This document shows positions 62,321 to 64,000 of a stretch of DNA of 64,000 bases, piece after piece; position 1 is the first letter of the stretch, and each line of letters begins with the position of its first letter. Location of the stretch: assembly GCF_000143415.4 (NCBI RefSeq), contig NW_003314279.1, positions 2,286,401 through 2,350,400 on the forward strand, read 5' to 3'. The notes below the pieces were generated by a model. That model was not told the origin of the DNA, did not search any database, and was given only the letters and a program-made list of their open reading frames with translations. The DNA comes from Selaginella moellendorffii (lineage: Eukaryota; Plantae; Lycopodiophyta). The translations under genes and the position numbers were made by a program.

Positions 62321-63483
62321 TTTGACTGGAGATCCAAACACTCGAATCTCCTTCGACTTGGAATTTTGTAAATCCCATTGTTGTCCACCCTCGCCCACAC
62401 CAGAAAGAAGAAACTCCGAGTATGCAACTATACCGGTGTCCTTGCGGATCACAGCCTCTAAAGAAATAGAGCCAAGACGAAGATCAAAACGCCGACATAA
62501 AAAAATTTCAGAAACAATACTCTGAGAGAATGAAAGAGGTGGGTGATCTCGAAAATGAAGAAGAAACCTCTCCATCCTTCTCAATAGGTTTTGGAATTCT
62601 CTCTCTTTATGCTACTTGTAAAAATCTATAGTGAAACATAATTGAAATTTAAATAGAGTAATAAGAAGACAACGTACAAAATGAATTTAAATTCTATAGA
62701 AAATTTAACATGTGTAAGTGTGACAGTATTAATATTACTGTCATCTATTATGATGTCTGATGCATGTATACACATAGATCCAAGGAAAGATTTTCAGCAC
62801 GTGAAGTTTGATAGTTAATAATGATACCAGTAATGACATTCAGCTATAACGTGTCAAACCAAGAGATCCAATCTAACTATCAGCACGTGTGATATGTCAA
62901 GTTGTCAAATTTTGAGTGGTAGATGATAATAAATCTTGTCAAATCTTATTCTTCAATAACAGATTTGATTCGTAGTACAACTCAAGTTTTATCCATAATT
63001 GTGAACACTGCTCAATGACATTTAAAGCACGTGCCTATTGTCTAGGATCTAATACAGTACAAAATAAATTTTTGGATGGGGATTCATCCATTCATAGATG
63101 GATATAGTACAACATATTTTAACGTGCCTTATTTATACTCTTTGAAGTTCTTGTAACGATTCCAAAATATGTACAAAATAGTGATGAGAATGCATCCTTT
63201 CTAGATAATTTGTAAAATATAATATCATATCTCTAATAACAGAAATGTTGATAGGTGCTAGTTATACCATCATTAAAATATACAAAATAAAGAAGCATAA
63301 TTTACATATAATAATAATGATAAGATAAAATAAGATCAAAGATATTGTGATGGTTGAGATTTAGGTTATTCGGAATGAACGGCCAGGATTAGAGATTGGT
63401 TAGGGTTAGGGCAGCTGTCAGGATTAGGGTTAGGGTAGCCGCCAAGATTAGGTTACTGTTTGCATCGTGAGTGGAGCGCGTGA

Positions 63484-63775
63484 GAGATCGAGAGATTGAG
63501 CGCGAAGGAGATCGAGGGATTGAGCGCGAAGGAGATCGAGCAATTGAGCGCGAAGGAGATCGAGAGATTGAGCGTGCAAGAGATCGAGAGATTGAGCGCG
63601 TGAGCGGGAGAGATTGAGCGCGTGAGTGGGAGAGATTGAGTGCGCGAGTGGGAGAGATTGAGTGCGCGAGCAGGAGAGATTGAGTGCCCGAGCGGGAGAG
63701 ATTGAGTGTGCGAGCAGGAGAGATTGAGTGCGCGAGCAGGAGAGATTGAGTGCGCGAGCGGGAGAGATTGAGCGC
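63484..63775. repeat. 22-24 bp tandem array GAGATTGAG(C/T)G, ~13 units
   Basis: Directly visible; orthologous to 1773-1977. Confidence 0.9.
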
Positions 63776-64000
63776 ACAAGAAATCTAGCACGATCAAGAA
63801 ATCGAGGGAGGAAAGATGCCGCCAAGGGTGAGTTTCGATTTGATTGCTTCCACTTCCATTTTTTGAGTCCATTGCTTCCATTCCATTTCTTCCCTTTTTT
63901 TTTTCTTGATTGCTTCTTTGCTGGCCGAGGTCGAGCTCGGGCGGGCCATCTCGGGCAGTTTTGCTTGCACGAGGGGCACGAGGTTAATATCGTAGGCCCT

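Larger units (their letters stand above)
58158..64000. mobile_element. MULE-like DNA transposon copy 2 (left TIR, zinc-finger gene, transposase, divergent promoter; continues beyond the window)
   Basis: TIR begins exactly where LTR homology ends; contains a MULE transposase; shares ~1.5 kb with copy 1. Confidence 0.8.

Overview
Eukaryotic nuclear DNA from a compact-genome non-seed plant. Short (~55-85 nt) GT-AG introns, intronless microbial-type terpene synthase genes and PLS-PPR clusters point to a lycophyte such as Selaginella (inference). The window is TE-rich and has two assembly gaps. (1) There are two same-orientation, partly overlapping copies of one large Mutator-like (MULE) DNA transposon family: the right part at 787-8236 and the left part at 58158-64000, sharing 787-~2200 = ~62498-63990. 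Joined, they give a ~11.8 kb element: TIR > small CPIC..HC..H zinc-finger gene (+) > GCM-like/DDE/SWIM MULE transposase (-) > divergent promoter with tandem repeats > multi-exon gene fusing a ParB/Srx-like domain to a prokaryotic-type beta-class amino (N4-C/N6-A) DNA methyltransferase (+) > second small zinc-finger ORF (-) > TIR. This candidate transposon-borne methylation/anti-silencing module is the most interesting system here, although both local copies carry inactivating lesions. (2) A segmentally duplicated host-gene block (PLS-PPR, phosphopantothenate-cysteine ligase, PPR, microbial terpene synthase-like MTPSL, P-class PPR) lies at ~16.5-32 kb and ~35.4-43.6 kb. Only the MTPSL at 40865-41923 looks intact. 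(3) The rest is nested, decayed Ty3/gypsy chromovirus pol regions, LTRs with hexamer repeats, probable LINE remnants and simple or tandem repeats. Exon structures and alignments were read by eye; no database searches were run.
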